Of a stretch of DNA of 64,000 nucleotides, positions 1-10,647 are shown piece after piece. Each line of letters opens with the position of its first letter. Position 1 is the first letter of the stretch. The stretch spans positions 20,700-84,699 of IMG/VR virus record IMGVR_UViG_3300047510_002037. One strand, written 5' to 3'. The DNA is from a virus. A model generated the notes under the pieces. It made no database searches and was not told the DNA's origin. It saw only the letters and a list, made by a program, of their open reading frames with translations. A program made the position numbers and the translations under genes.

Positions 1-43
1 TGAATTTTTGATAATCCATATCTCTACTATTTTAAGTATTTAT

Positions 44-2191
44 TCAAATATTTAAATCTCTTATTGATTTAATTTGTAGTTTTAAATCATCAATTTGACC
101 TTGCTGTTCTTTAATAGCTTCGATTAATACCGAAACTATATTTTGATATGCTACAGACTTAACTCCATCGTTTTCGTGGACAAGATCTGGAAGAACTTTT
201 TCAACCTCTTGTGCGATTAATCCAATAGAATGTGTCTTATCACTCCTATAATCAAATTCAACTCCACGAAGATTTTGTACTTTTTCTAAAGCACCGTCTA
301 TTGTTTTAATATTTTCTTTTAGAGATTCATCTGAGTTCGCAGTAACTGTTCCTCCACAAACCAAGTTAGTTCCATTGAAAGTTAGGTTTGCTGAACCAAC
401 TGCTTTGTTCAAACTGTTCTTATAAAGAACTTGGTTAGCGTTACCAATAGTATCAATATCTCTACCACCAGGAATATTAATTGTAGCAGTTGTACCAACT
501 AAAGTTACACTACTTACACCAGCTCCTGTAAAATTGAGTACAGTTGCTCCAGATCCAACATAGACCCCTGCTGTAGCAACACCAACCCCTGCCTGCAATC
601 CTGTTAGTCCAGTACCATTTCCACTTATAGTTCCAATGACGGTTAAGTTACCTTGTACTGTGACATTATTAGTCAAACCAACAATTTCTCTACCACCATC
701 TCTAGTAACATCAATTTGATTTGGTGTGCCGTCAACAAATAAAACTGCTGCCCCACCCGCAGAAGTACTTGCTAAACCTACTGCTCCTGATGCAACAGTA
801 AATTCTGGAGTATTAAAAGATGCAATTCCCTTTACAGAAGATGTTGCTAGTGTATGAGTATTACTTGTTATAACTCCACTTACTCGTCCATATCCATCAA
901 CGCTTAATCCACTAATGAATGATCCTGTACCAGATGTCAGATTGCTTCTTGACGTAGCTACTGTGGCTAAATCAATGCTATCAGGATTCATTACGATTCT
1001 GGAAGAACTAGCAGTTACTGCATCGATAACGTTTCCGGTTTTTACTAAACCATCACCTGCAATAATTTCTCCAGGACTACTGAATTGTGTGAATTCGATT
1101 GCAGATACACCGATAGAAACAGTTCCTTTTGTGATAAGAACGAAACCACCACCAGCATTGACTTCACCGCCAATAACGAACGAGAACGCACCAGCAGTAA
1201 TTTCTTCAGGTTCGTCGAAGTCAACTGCTCTTGTATATTCAAACGAAGTACTTACAGTACCAACTCTAGTTACTGTATAGTAACCATTTTCAAAGGTATT
1301 TCCAAATCCAAGAGGTCCACCCTGATCTTTGATTAGAATACGATCCCCAAGAATTGGGAAATAAGTATCGATAGATGTTATACCAACATTAACACCCCAT
1401 AACTTTGCTCCAACACCGCTTGGAGATGCTGACACGTTATTATAGTACGCATTTATTGATACTGTTGATGCAGCAGATACAGCTTTCTGAACTGTTAGAC
1501 CAGCAACAGTAAAATTATCTACATATGATTTTGATGCTAGTTCTTCTGGGGCAATGGGAATAATAGTGTCTAAACTAACATATGATCTTTGAGAATAAAG
1601 ATAACTAGATATCCCAACATCTCCTACGATATCGAGAGTTCTATTCATTGATGATGTTCCAATACCAACTCTCAGTGTAGAGTCATTATAATAAAATGTT
1701 TGAGCTCCACCAAAGTCTCCATTATCATTATATTGAATTTGTCCATCAAAACCTGCTGCAGTTACTTGGTCAACAGTTATAGTAGCAATATTTCCAGATG
1801 CAGCTGCAGTTACTCCAGTACCAACAAAATTAACTGTCTTAATGCTTCCCGCAGCACCTACAATTGTGCCCTCATCTTGAACAGTAATTCCTTGGAAAGA
1901 TAAAATATCCTCAAGAGTTGTCCATTGAACCGAAGATCCGCCAACAGAAGTTAAAAGTTGGTTATTCTCCCCAGAATTCCCTTGGGAGTCATAAAGTTCT
2001 CTCCTAATTCGTATAGTTCTAGTATCAACATCGGCGGTCAAATCAAATCTACTAGTAGTTCCAATTCCAATGCTTCCACCAATGGCTACATTACCAATAA
2101 CATTTAGTACAGTCTTACCTTCACTGTAATTGCTTATACCAATACCTAGGTCTCTCTGCTTTCCTGATAAAAATCTACCGTAGTTACTCAT
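44..2191 (-). CDS. Tail fibre-like virion protein with C-terminal intramolecular chaperone (peptidase S74) domain
   Basis: G/T/S/V-rich fibre repeats; intact C-terminal S74 signature SDESLKENI...ALEKV..LRGV.F...IGLIAQEVEKVLPDLV...L.EAIKE. Confidence 0.85.
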   Translation of the reverse strand: MSNYGRFLSGKQRDLGIGISNYSEGKTVLNVIGNVAIGGSIGIGTTSRFDLTADVDTRTIRIRRELYDSQGNSGENNQLLTSVGGSSVQWTTLEDILSFQGITVQDEGTIVGAAGSIKTVNFVGTGVTAAASGNIATITVDQVTAAGFDGQIQYNDNGDFGGAQTFYYNDSTLRVGIGTSSMNRTLDIVGDVGISSYLYSQRSYVSLDTIIPIAPEELASKSYVDNFTVAGLTVQKAVSAASTVSINAYYNNVSASPSGVGAKLWGVNVGITSIDTYFPILGDRILIKDQGGPLGFGNTFENGYYTVTRVGTVSTSFEYTRAVDFDEPEEITAGAFSFVIGGEVNAGGGFVLITKGTVSIGVSAIEFTQFSSPGEIIAGDGLVKTGNVIDAVTASSSRIVMNPDSIDLATVATSRSNLTSGTGSFISGLSVDGYGRVSGVITSNTHTLATSSVKGIASFNTPEFTVASGAVGLASTSAGGAAVLFVDGTPNQIDVTRDGGREIVGLTNNVTVQGNLTVIGTISGNGTGLTGLQAGVGVATAGVYVGSGATVLNFTGAGVSSVTLVGTTATINIPGGRDIDTIGNANQVLYKNSLNKAVGSANLTFNGTNLVCGGTVTANSDESLKENIKTIDGALEKVQNLRGVEFDYRSDKTHSIGLIAQEVEKVLPDLVHENDGVKSVAYQNIVSVLIEAIKEQQGQIDDLKLQIKSIRDLNI

Positions 2192-2214
2192 TTTCTTATT
2201 ACCTTAAACTAAAA

Positions 2215-2553
2215 TTAGAAGTTGGATGTTTCAAGAATACTGACTAAGAATTTCAAGTCAGTTCCATTGCTACCAGATATTGAAATTTTATCCCCAGTTT
2301 CTAACACCAATTTACCTGGAAGAAGATTTACTGTATCTCCCGATGGAACAGGAAATGCCGTAACGATAGGAGTTGATGTTGCGCCTCTTTTATAATAAAA
2401 AGTAATCGTATGCGTTGTTGCTCCAGTATTTACGCATTGAGCTAATAAGAATACTGAAGTATATCCTGTTGGTGCAGTATATAGTTCTGTTTCAGATGTT
2501 GGAACTGTTTGTGTTACAGTTCTAAAATTATTAATTGCAATTTGTGCAGCCAT
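2215..2553 (-). CDS. Small virion structural/hypothetical protein
   Basis: 112 aa beta-rich ORF tightly packed in the late fibre cluster; KLVLETGD motif. Confidence 0.65.
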   Translation of the reverse strand: MAAQIAINNFRTVTQTVPTSETELYTAPTGYTSVFLLAQCVNTGATTHTITFYYKRGATSTPIVTAFPVPSGDTVNLLPGKLVLETGDKISISGSNGTDLKFLVSILETSNF

Positions 2554-2557
2554 TTAA

Positions 2558-5500
2558 TTAATCTCCTAGTGCTAGAATGAATGGGGTTACATTATTAAAT
2601 AAACTCTTCAGATATGCTCTACCAGAAACTGTTCCACTCGCTTGGTTAATAACAACGCCATCACCAATTCGGAAGTTTCCTGCTTGATCAGTGCTAGTAT
2701 ATGTAGCCTCTCCACCATCTTCCTTAACAACCTCATTTTCTTGTATAGGAACTCCACCAACAGCAGGTCTTGCTGTAAAGATATTTGTTCCAGCACCAAT
2801 GTATTCAAACGAGATTGTGGTTGCGATTTGTAGACTTTGGCGAGCCAAATAGACTGTATCTCCAATTGATACATTATTATTTAAACCTTGAACTGAAGTT
2901 ATAGTTGTGATTCCCGCATTTGGGAAAGTTGCAGCAGAAATCTTATAGTATAGTGGGTCAATCTTACTAACAACTGCAGAACCTGCGGATCCACCACCAG
3001 ACAATGGGGCAGAAACTGTTATAGAAGGTTCTGTTTCATATTGAGTTCCAGAGTTAATTAAAGTAATGTCTGTGATTCTTCCATCCAAAACTGTTGGAAT
3101 TGCTTGTGCAGTAATTCCGTTAGGTCCGGTTGGAGCATCAATAGTTATATCGACATCGTTAGCGTTTTGGTATCCAGAACCACCATTGGTTACAGTAATT
3201 GAATTTAGTGAATAGTATAGTTTTCCAATATAGAAAACCTCACCATCATATGGTCTGTATGTACCAACACCACTTACAGTCAATTCAATATCACCAATAG
3301 AACCAGCTATAGCAACGTTAGCACTCTTTCTATAAATTGATTTAGAATCAACTCCACTAATACCTCTAGATACTAGACCTTTATTTCCAAAAGAGGCATT
3401 AGAGTTTGTTAGGTCGCATTGTCCACCAGACTGAGTTACAATTGCTTCATTGCAGCAAATAGTAAAGATAGAAACTAACTGTGCATATGCTCCATTTGAA
3501 ATAGAAACTCCAATACCATTTTGATTATATTGAGTATATGAGTCAACACTCATCGATCCCTGTACACCAATATCATCTTCATCTCCTGGTTCTGCTGGGA
3601 ATCCATCAATTTTCATTCCAATACTATCTGGAATAAAGTTTGTGCAGTTTCTAATATATGGCCCTTTGAAAATTTGACCAGTTCCTGGTGAGAACGATGG
3701 ATCGTTCTCAATTTCACTACCAGCTCCGTTATTTCCTGGATAAGTTGTTTTTATTCCAGTTGGATTTTGTGCGGATCTAAAGACTGTTAAACCAGATCCA
3801 ACGATTGTAGTTACAATTCCAATGCATGACCTCATAGCAGAAACTACATTATAACATCCAGCTGGACTTTGGTTAGTTCCAACTAGTGGATCAATTTGAA
3901 TACCAAGATCTTTTACTTGAGTATTGAATGTTTGGAATGGTCTAAACTTAAGGATTGATCCCCCACCATAGTATGTGTGTTGTATTTCAGTTCCACCGAG
4001 AGTAACTTCGAAGGTATTAACCCCAACAATTCTTTCTACTGGGAATATTTGTCCATGTGTATTATCTGGGAAAATAGTGGTTGTGATACCAGAATTTACT
4101 GTACCGCCACCAACATAAGTGTGATCTAATGTTGATATACCGACATTTACAGTAAATCTTCCTGATGTGAATAGTTGTGGATATGAATTTAGATTACCGT
4201 TAGTAACAGAAGTTGTTAATATTGAAATTAGATTATCAATGTTGGATTTAACATTAGCACAAGAATTTGGACTTGTATTAAATCCAGTTAGTGGATCTGC
4301 TGTAATTGTTAGATCCTTAAAGTTTAATTGATTTGTAATTGCTAGTTTTGAATAATCTCTAATAGAATTGAATGCAGTAACTGATGGTGCTTCCTCTCCG
4401 ATTAATCCATTTGTTAATGGATCTCCATTAGCATCAAAATACGCTCTTGTCGCTTCTCTAATATACTTGTTGGTTCCAAATCTAAGATCTTTTATAAGAG
4501 CATCGACAACATATGCAATATCCCTTCTGCACTTACTTTCACCACTTAAGAATAAACCATAATTTATTTTAATAGCATTCAGGGTTAGTAAGTTCCCAGA
4601 ACCAATTGGTTCGGTGATAATAGATGTTAATGTATCTAGAGTTGACTGAACATCTGAACAAGCAATTGAACTTGTATTTGCTACGGAAATATTACCATCA
4701 CCATATACTGATGATCCGATGGAAACTCCAGTATCTTTTATTGTAAGTTGATTGGTTATTGCAGACTTCATCAAATCTCTTGCTGCTTGGAATGCTTCAA
4801 TCGAAGCTGATTCCTCTCCAACCAGTCCATTTGATATTGGAGCACCAGATCCATCAAAATACTGTTTAATAAATTCTATTGAATATCTATTCCCTCCAGT
4901 GAATATATCTGTAGAAACAGCATCTACAAAATATCCAAGATCTCTCTTGCATTTTGTTTCAGTTAAAATAACACCAGAGTTTGCTGGATTAGCAATCATA
5001 GTATCCCAAGCAGAAGTTACTATTTCTGCTTTATTTTGTTGGATGAGTCTATAAGCATCCTTATATCTTGAATATTGTGTTGTCTGATTATCATCTGGAA
5101 AATAGAAATCAGAATGGGCAATCGCAATAGATGCTAAAGATTTATCAATAATTTCCAACCTATTACCAGATATTAAATTAGCAGCATCTGCGTATCTGTG
5201 ATCAATTGCTGTTGAAAGTATTGTAAAATCATATCCAAGATTACCACTTGGATATAATGCAGTGGATGGACCTCCTCCACTATTGCATTCAAATACTAAA
5301 TTCTCTAGTCTAACTTTTTCGCCTGGCTCTGCATAAAAACCTATAGCAGTTGTGGATGCAATACCAACAACTCTAATTGTTGATATACCAGTAATTCTGT
5401 CGTATGTTGCAGTAGAAACTCCAAACGTTGGAGTATATAATCTAGTTACCGTTCCCCCTCCAACATAACTATGGGAAATAGTTGATGGTCCAACATTAAC

Positions 5501-7609
5501 ATTAAAACTCGTTCCAGAAAGAACATCTGATACGGTAAAATCATATCCAAGATTACCGCTTGGATATAATGCGGTGGATGGACCTCCACCAGAATCGCAT
5601 TCATAGACTAGATTTTGAAGTCTTACTCTATTTCCGACTTTAAAGTTATTATTTGCTGAGGTTTCTATAGTGGTAATACCACTTATATTATCATATGTTG
5701 CGCTGATAACATTTATTGGTGTTCCTGGGGAACCTTCTGGACACGTAAATGCAAATCCATCTAATTTTACAGAATCATATTTTTGAAGACCATGATTTGG
5801 GACTGTAACTGTAGATAATCCTGTTTTTTGATCATATATTATGTTTGTTGCTGGTATAGTTAATCCAATGGAAACTCCACCCCATGTAGAATTATTAATA
5901 ACGTTTCTAGCAATATTGAAAGAATAATCCAGTGTTTTTATTGTCTGTTCTCTTTCCAGTGGATTTTTTAGAGTATTGAGTGCAAATTCTCCAGTACTCT
6001 CATCAAAATATGTTTTACCAGCCGCAACACATTTAGAATTACCACCTCTAGTAATATCATAACAAACTGCTTTCCAAATATTTCTAATATCCCTAGAGCA
6101 CTTAAATGTATCTAAGTTTATTCCAGTAACTGTTACTATTCCCGCAGTAGATCCAGTTCCTACAGCTGTTGTAACAATACCAGCAAGATATGAAATACTA
6201 TTAGCAACACCTACACACCAACCAGTTCCTCTAACGAACTTATTCCCAGACTGATCATATTCAACTCTTGTTTGAATACGAGTCGGGTCAAATGCTTGAG
6301 TATAAGTTGATTGATAATTTGTATATTTCTCAACAGTTCCGCCAGTACTGTATGTGTGCGGAATAGATGATATTCCAACGTAGACTTTGAATGTATTTAC
6401 GCCAACATATTCTTCTACTTTAAAGAAGTATCCATACTTACCATCTGGGAAAGTATTAGTTGTAATACCAGAACCACCAGGACACGTAAACTTAACTCCA
6501 TTTAGTTTGATGATATCACCAGTTGTTACTCCATGTCCAACTGCAGTAACTGTTGATAATCCAGTTAGATTATCATAGATAAATCCAGTAATATTTGTTG
6601 TTGATCCAGATGCAACACTACCATATGGCTTATTATTGATTACGTATGTTGCAATACCTACGGCATAATTAATTGTATCAACTGTCGCCGTAGAAATTCC
6701 ATATCCGTTTATATCTACTCCCGTAATATGGAGTAAAGCCCCACCAGATGAAAAATATGAAAGTGCTGCTCCAACAGACTTTTCGTTACCTGTCGCTTTT
6801 AAATCATATGCAATGGATTTGAAAATATCTTTAATATCATCCCTACAATCTTGGTCTGTTGTTGGAACTTCAAATACGGGATTTTTATAATCAGTACTAG
6901 TCAGGAATCCAACAGCCTCACCAGCAATAAAATCTAAGTTTGCTTCTAACAATACAGCAGCATCTTGTGCTACGTGAGTTCCAGCATATCCGCTATATCC
7001 ACTTGTTAAGAATCCAACTGCTTCTCTAGCAATAAAATCTGAATTATATCTAATTAATCTAGCAGCATCAAAATATCTGTCTGGAGATACTCCTTCTAAA
7101 GGTCTAAAAGCAATAACAGCAGCACCTTCTGTAGCTGGAGGTCCAACAAAACTTAAGTCGGTAACGTGAACACCATCATTTACATGAAATAAATCTTTAT
7201 TTGAATTTTGTGGTGTTACTAAACAGTTTCTTAATTCTAATCCCTCTACCGATACATTCTTTTTAAGAAGAATTGGGTTATTTTCAATATATTGTCCAGC
7301 ATAAACTTTAATAGTATCAAATGAATTTGCTATTGCTGCAGCAGCTTTAATAGATGCTTTTGCATCTCGTTCATTTAAACCACTATTAGCATCATTTCCA
7401 TTTTTAGTTACAAATATTGTTTTACCTAATGATCCACCAGCACCAACTGCAATAACTCTGGTAGCAATTCCAACTCCACCAGTGTCTTGCTTCAAGAAGA
7501 CTTGACCATCAAATGCATTAACAGCTAATTCACCAATTAGAAGTTGAGCATTTGTTGGAACTTTGCCTTCTACTGAAGATCTTTTTAACCTAATTATTGG
7601 ATCAGACAT
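2558..7609 (-). CDS. Large tail fibre/spike protein: beta-helix scaffold with nested phycobiliprotein-like and beta-sandwich inserts
   Basis: N-terminal IRLKRS...GELAVN..DG fibre-attachment motif; pectin-lyase-like start (IFVTKNGND...DTIKVYAGQY); four helical CxRD-type repeats; late promoter upstream. Confidence 0.75.
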   Translation of the reverse strand: MSDPIIRLKRSSVEGKVPTNAQLLIGELAVNAFDGQVFLKQDTGGVGIATRVIAVGAGGSLGKTIFVTKNGNDANSGLNERDAKASIKAAAAIANSFDTIKVYAGQYIENNPILLKKNVSVEGLELRNCLVTPQNSNKDLFHVNDGVHVTDLSFVGPPATEGAAVIAFRPLEGVSPDRYFDAARLIRYNSDFIAREAVGFLTSGYSGYAGTHVAQDAAVLLEANLDFIAGEAVGFLTSTDYKNPVFEVPTTDQDCRDDIKDIFKSIAYDLKATGNEKSVGAALSYFSSGGALLHITGVDINGYGISTATVDTINYAVGIATYVINNKPYGSVASGSTTNITGFIYDNLTGLSTVTAVGHGVTTGDIIKLNGVKFTCPGGSGITTNTFPDGKYGYFFKVEEYVGVNTFKVYVGISSIPHTYSTGGTVEKYTNYQSTYTQAFDPTRIQTRVEYDQSGNKFVRGTGWCVGVANSISYLAGIVTTAVGTGSTAGIVTVTGINLDTFKCSRDIRNIWKAVCYDITRGGNSKCVAAGKTYFDESTGEFALNTLKNPLEREQTIKTLDYSFNIARNVINNSTWGGVSIGLTIPATNIIYDQKTGLSTVTVPNHGLQKYDSVKLDGFAFTCPEGSPGTPINVISATYDNISGITTIETSANNNFKVGNRVRLQNLVYECDSGGGPSTALYPSGNLGYDFTVSDVLSGTSFNVNVGPSTISHSYVGGGTVTRLYTPTFGVSTATYDRITGISTIRVVGIASTTAIGFYAEPGEKVRLENLVFECNSGGGPSTALYPSGNLGYDFTILSTAIDHRYADAANLISGNRLEIIDKSLASIAIAHSDFYFPDDNQTTQYSRYKDAYRLIQQNKAEIVTSAWDTMIANPANSGVILTETKCKRDLGYFVDAVSTDIFTGGNRYSIEFIKQYFDGSGAPISNGLVGEESASIEAFQAARDLMKSAITNQLTIKDTGVSIGSSVYGDGNISVANTSSIACSDVQSTLDTLTSIITEPIGSGNLLTLNAIKINYGLFLSGESKCRRDIAYVVDALIKDLRFGTNKYIREATRAYFDANGDPLTNGLIGEEAPSVTAFNSIRDYSKLAITNQLNFKDLTITADPLTGFNTSPNSCANVKSNIDNLISILTTSVTNGNLNSYPQLFTSGRFTVNVGISTLDHTYVGGGTVNSGITTTIFPDNTHGQIFPVERIVGVNTFEVTLGGTEIQHTYYGGGSILKFRPFQTFNTQVKDLGIQIDPLVGTNQSPAGCYNVVSAMRSCIGIVTTIVGSGLTVFRSAQNPTGIKTTYPGNNGAGSEIENDPSFSPGTGQIFKGPYIRNCTNFIPDSIGMKIDGFPAEPGDEDDIGVQGSMSVDSYTQYNQNGIGVSISNGAYAQLVSIFTICCNEAIVTQSGGQCDLTNSNASFGNKGLVSRGISGVDSKSIYRKSANVAIAGSIGDIELTVSGVGTYRPYDGEVFYIGKLYYSLNSITVTNGGSGYQNANDVDITIDAPTGPNGITAQAIPTVLDGRITDITLINSGTQYETEPSITVSAPLSGGGSAGSAVVSKIDPLYYKISAATFPNAGITTITSVQGLNNNVSIGDTVYLARQSLQIATTISFEYIGAGTNIFTARPAVGGVPIQENEVVKEDGGEATYTSTDQAGNFRIGDGVVINQASGTVSGRAYLKSLFNNVTPFILALGD

Positions 7610-7665
7610 TTACTTACATTCTTGGTATATACCGTAAATCTTGATAGAAATCAAGATGCTTTATA

Positions 7666-7672
7666 TATTTAT
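7666..7672 (-). promoter_or_regulatory. Late promoter ATAAATA
   Basis: Intergenic, upstream of 7609. The same motif lies shortly upstream of late gene starts at 38, 10641, 10962, 17235, 19013, 25651, 34402 and 49421. Confidence 0.7.
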
Positions 7673-7683
7673 CAAAAAACTAA

Positions 7684-10617
7684 TTAATATTCTCCGCCAT
7701 CTATAGTAAGATTAACCAAGTTTCTAGTAGATCCAGTACATGAAAGAATTTCGGATGAACCAGCACAATCATTTACAGTAATATTTCCAATATCAATAGA
7801 AGCATACTGAGATACTGTGAGAACATTAGATGACTCAGTTACTGTTGATGCAATTGCTACTTTAGATCTAGAATCATCCCAGAAAATAGCTGCTTTTCTA
7901 GAAGAACCATTATAATAATTCATTAACAAACCAACATCAATATTACTATCACTTGTTGGTTCAATTAAATCATTTGCATTAAGCGGATCTATTGCTAAAC
8001 CAATATTAACTAAGTTATCACGTATTTTTACAATATTAGATCTAATTACCGTATCGGACCCTTTTACTATTAAATCATTATTTACTGTTAAATCAGATCT
8101 AATACCAACAGATCCAGAAACTGGTGTTAGAGTTATTGCCTCAACATTATCAGAAGCTTCTATTCCATTACCTTGGATGTTAACTTTGCCGGCAAAAATA
8201 GTTCTAACAGCATCTTCAAGGGTTATATTAATAGCATTATTGGAAGCTCTTATATTATCACCATTTATTCTAATATCATCTTCAAATTGAACATAATTTG
8301 ATCCTAGTGTAATATTAAGTTGATCGCCAGAATCTAATATTTGATTGCTTTCAATTCTTAATTGTCCAGTAATACTAGTTTTTGTATTGCTAGTCATGGT
8401 AATGTTAACATTACCATCAGATGCTTTTATATCATTACCATTAACTCTAATATCCCCCGCAAATATAGTTTCATTACCACCTTGCATAGTAATATTGGTC
8501 GTTCCGCCACCAGCAAGAATATTTTGACCATCAACTTGGATATTTCCTGCGAATCTTGTATTGTTTGAACTGAATAAAGTAATGTTTACTTGACCATCAC
8601 TTGCTTGTATATCATCACCTAATATTCTTACATCTCCTCCAAATAAAGTTAATGGACTAGCAATAGATGTTACACCTGTGGGACCACCAAGAACAATATC
8701 AAATGCTTGATCAAAAGCATAAACATTAGTTACGTTTTCTCTTGCTAAATTTAGCTCAGAGTTTTTAACATCAATGATTGTACCGTTTAATGATAAATTT
8801 CCAGATAATTCTGTTAATGTATTTCCAGTAATTGTTATATTTTCTAAACCATTAGCACCTTTTATTGCTGCAGTTGTACCATTTCCAACAAGTCTTATAT
8901 TTCCACTAAATTCAGTTTGAGTCGATCTTATTGTTGTATAACCAACAGTGCTTCCCATTGAAACTGAAAGTGCATCACCAAAAGCTCTGATTGAAGTTAC
9001 ATCATTGTTAAAAAGTTGCAAATCTTCAGTATTTGTTATAGCTCCTAAAGAAGAACCATCCATCAATATATCACCATCAACAGCTAAAGTATTCGCTATT
9101 GGGGAATAATATAAACCACTATCTACATGTAAAGTTCTTTCTGGTTGAGAAATTGAGGAGTTTGTGAATGTTAAGTAATAATTAGTTTCCGTGTTAGCCA
9201 CTGATACATCAACTGCTGTGGCTCTAATTGCGGTTGTTGCTGTTCCTTGTATATCATTTATAAATGCCGCTACTCCTGTGGTTAACTGGTTGAAAAAAGT
9301 TGAATTGGAAGTAGCAGCGATACCCAATTCAAATGTTCCTTGAGCACCGGTTACGTCTATTCCATTAGTAAATAGTGCCGTTCCTCCAACTGCTACAGTA
9401 CCCAAAACAGTCAGATTAACATCTACAGATAAAGTATCATATGTTCCATTTGCTGCTCTAACATTTTCCCAACGTAGAGATTCTGATCCCAAATCATATG
9501 TATCAGATGCATTTGGGATCAATCCAGAAACTAAAGTAGCCTGGACATTTAATAAACTTGATGAATCCAATCCCAAAACAATACTATTTGTATATACCTC
9601 AATTTCCGCTGCACTAATACCAACATTATCAAAGATATTTACAGTACCAAAGAAAGTCGAAGCTCCACCAACATTTAATTTTTTAGTTACCGACAGACCA
9701 CCCTCAGTTACAATAGAACCTTCAGTTAAACTATTTGAGTCTTCATCTCCAGTTACTAATAATCTATTTTGAAAGGTTGATATTCCAGCTACATTAATTC
9801 CTTTGTTGAAGTTTACTGATTCAAAAGTTGCTTCATCTGTTGCTATTATTAATGTTGAAGTTGAAGGTAATCTAAGTAAACTGCTAACAAATAATTCAGG
9901 AGTTCTTACCTGACGAACATTCATTAAGGAAGATATACCAACAGTTCCATTAACAACAAATAAACCAGTACTAGTATCTGTAGAAGCAGTAGATACTGAA
10001 TGTGTTGGATTTATTATTAAGTTATTGGAAATAGTAGTAATACCTGTTAATGTATTATTTCCATATAAAATGCTATCAGATAAATTTATAAATCCTCTAT
10101 TTGTTCCTCGTACTGTAGCAGCTATTCCGCTGATACGTGAAGTTGAACCTATCGTAATTTGTCCTGGAAGAAATAATGATCCCTCCTCTGGATTTCCAGA
10201 GTCTGGTTGTAAAATTACAAAATTTCCTAGTCTGGTAGTACCATGAACATATGCACGATCATAAAACTCTGCTGGTCCGCCTATATACGCTTCTGCTTTA
10301 GCTGATATTTTTCCATCTAAAAGTAATCCACCACCTGCTAAACCTACACCACCCCCTTCCGTACCTACAATTTTTCCGGATATTATTACATCAGTTAATC
10401 CAGCAGCAACATGAACCTTTGATCCTGGTAAAGATGTTCCTATTCCAATATTGGGAGAATGGAAGTTATCGTTCCAAAGAGTAGCACCTATTGATATAAC
10501 ACCATCGTATGGATCAATACCTGTAGGAATAGTAATCGCACCATTATCGATCAGTTCAAAGTCATCGATATGCAGATAGGATGCAAATTGAGATAATTCT
10601 CTATTATTCCTAGACAT
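7684..10617 (-). CDS. Tail fibre-like structural protein
   Basis: 977 aa; repeated FxGDIRxxGxxIxASDGxxNIT modules; ends with IDGGEY; late promoter upstream. Confidence 0.7.
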   Translation of the reverse strand: MSRNNRELSQFASYLHIDDFELIDNGAITIPTGIDPYDGVISIGATLWNDNFHSPNIGIGTSLPGSKVHVAAGLTDVIISGKIVGTEGGGVGLAGGGLLLDGKISAKAEAYIGGPAEFYDRAYVHGTTRLGNFVILQPDSGNPEEGSLFLPGQITIGSTSRISGIAATVRGTNRGFINLSDSILYGNNTLTGITTISNNLIINPTHSVSTASTDTSTGLFVVNGTVGISSLMNVRQVRTPELFVSSLLRLPSTSTLIIATDEATFESVNFNKGINVAGISTFQNRLLVTGDEDSNSLTEGSIVTEGGLSVTKKLNVGGASTFFGTVNIFDNVGISAAEIEVYTNSIVLGLDSSSLLNVQATLVSGLIPNASDTYDLGSESLRWENVRAANGTYDTLSVDVNLTVLGTVAVGGTALFTNGIDVTGAQGTFELGIAATSNSTFFNQLTTGVAAFINDIQGTATTAIRATAVDVSVANTETNYYLTFTNSSISQPERTLHVDSGLYYSPIANTLAVDGDILMDGSSLGAITNTEDLQLFNNDVTSIRAFGDALSVSMGSTVGYTTIRSTQTEFSGNIRLVGNGTTAAIKGANGLENITITGNTLTELSGNLSLNGTIIDVKNSELNLARENVTNVYAFDQAFDIVLGGPTGVTSIASPLTLFGGDVRILGDDIQASDGQVNITLFSSNNTRFAGNIQVDGQNILAGGGTTNITMQGGNETIFAGDIRVNGNDIKASDGNVNITMTSNTKTSITGQLRIESNQILDSGDQLNITLGSNYVQFEDDIRINGDNIRASNNAINITLEDAVRTIFAGKVNIQGNGIEASDNVEAITLTPVSGSVGIRSDLTVNNDLIVKGSDTVIRSNIVKIRDNLVNIGLAIDPLNANDLIEPTSDSNIDVGLLMNYYNGSSRKAAIFWDDSRSKVAIASTVTESSNVLTVSQYASIDIGNITVNDCAGSSEILSCTGSTRNLVNLTIDGGEY

Positions 10618-10647
10618 TTTGGTAGTATCCCGTTATAAGTTATTTAT

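Noticed and set aside
5223-5591. Template/variable repeat pair of a diversity-generating retroelement
   Set aside because: Both copies are in frame within one gene, differences are synonymous, and no reverse transcriptase is present in the window.
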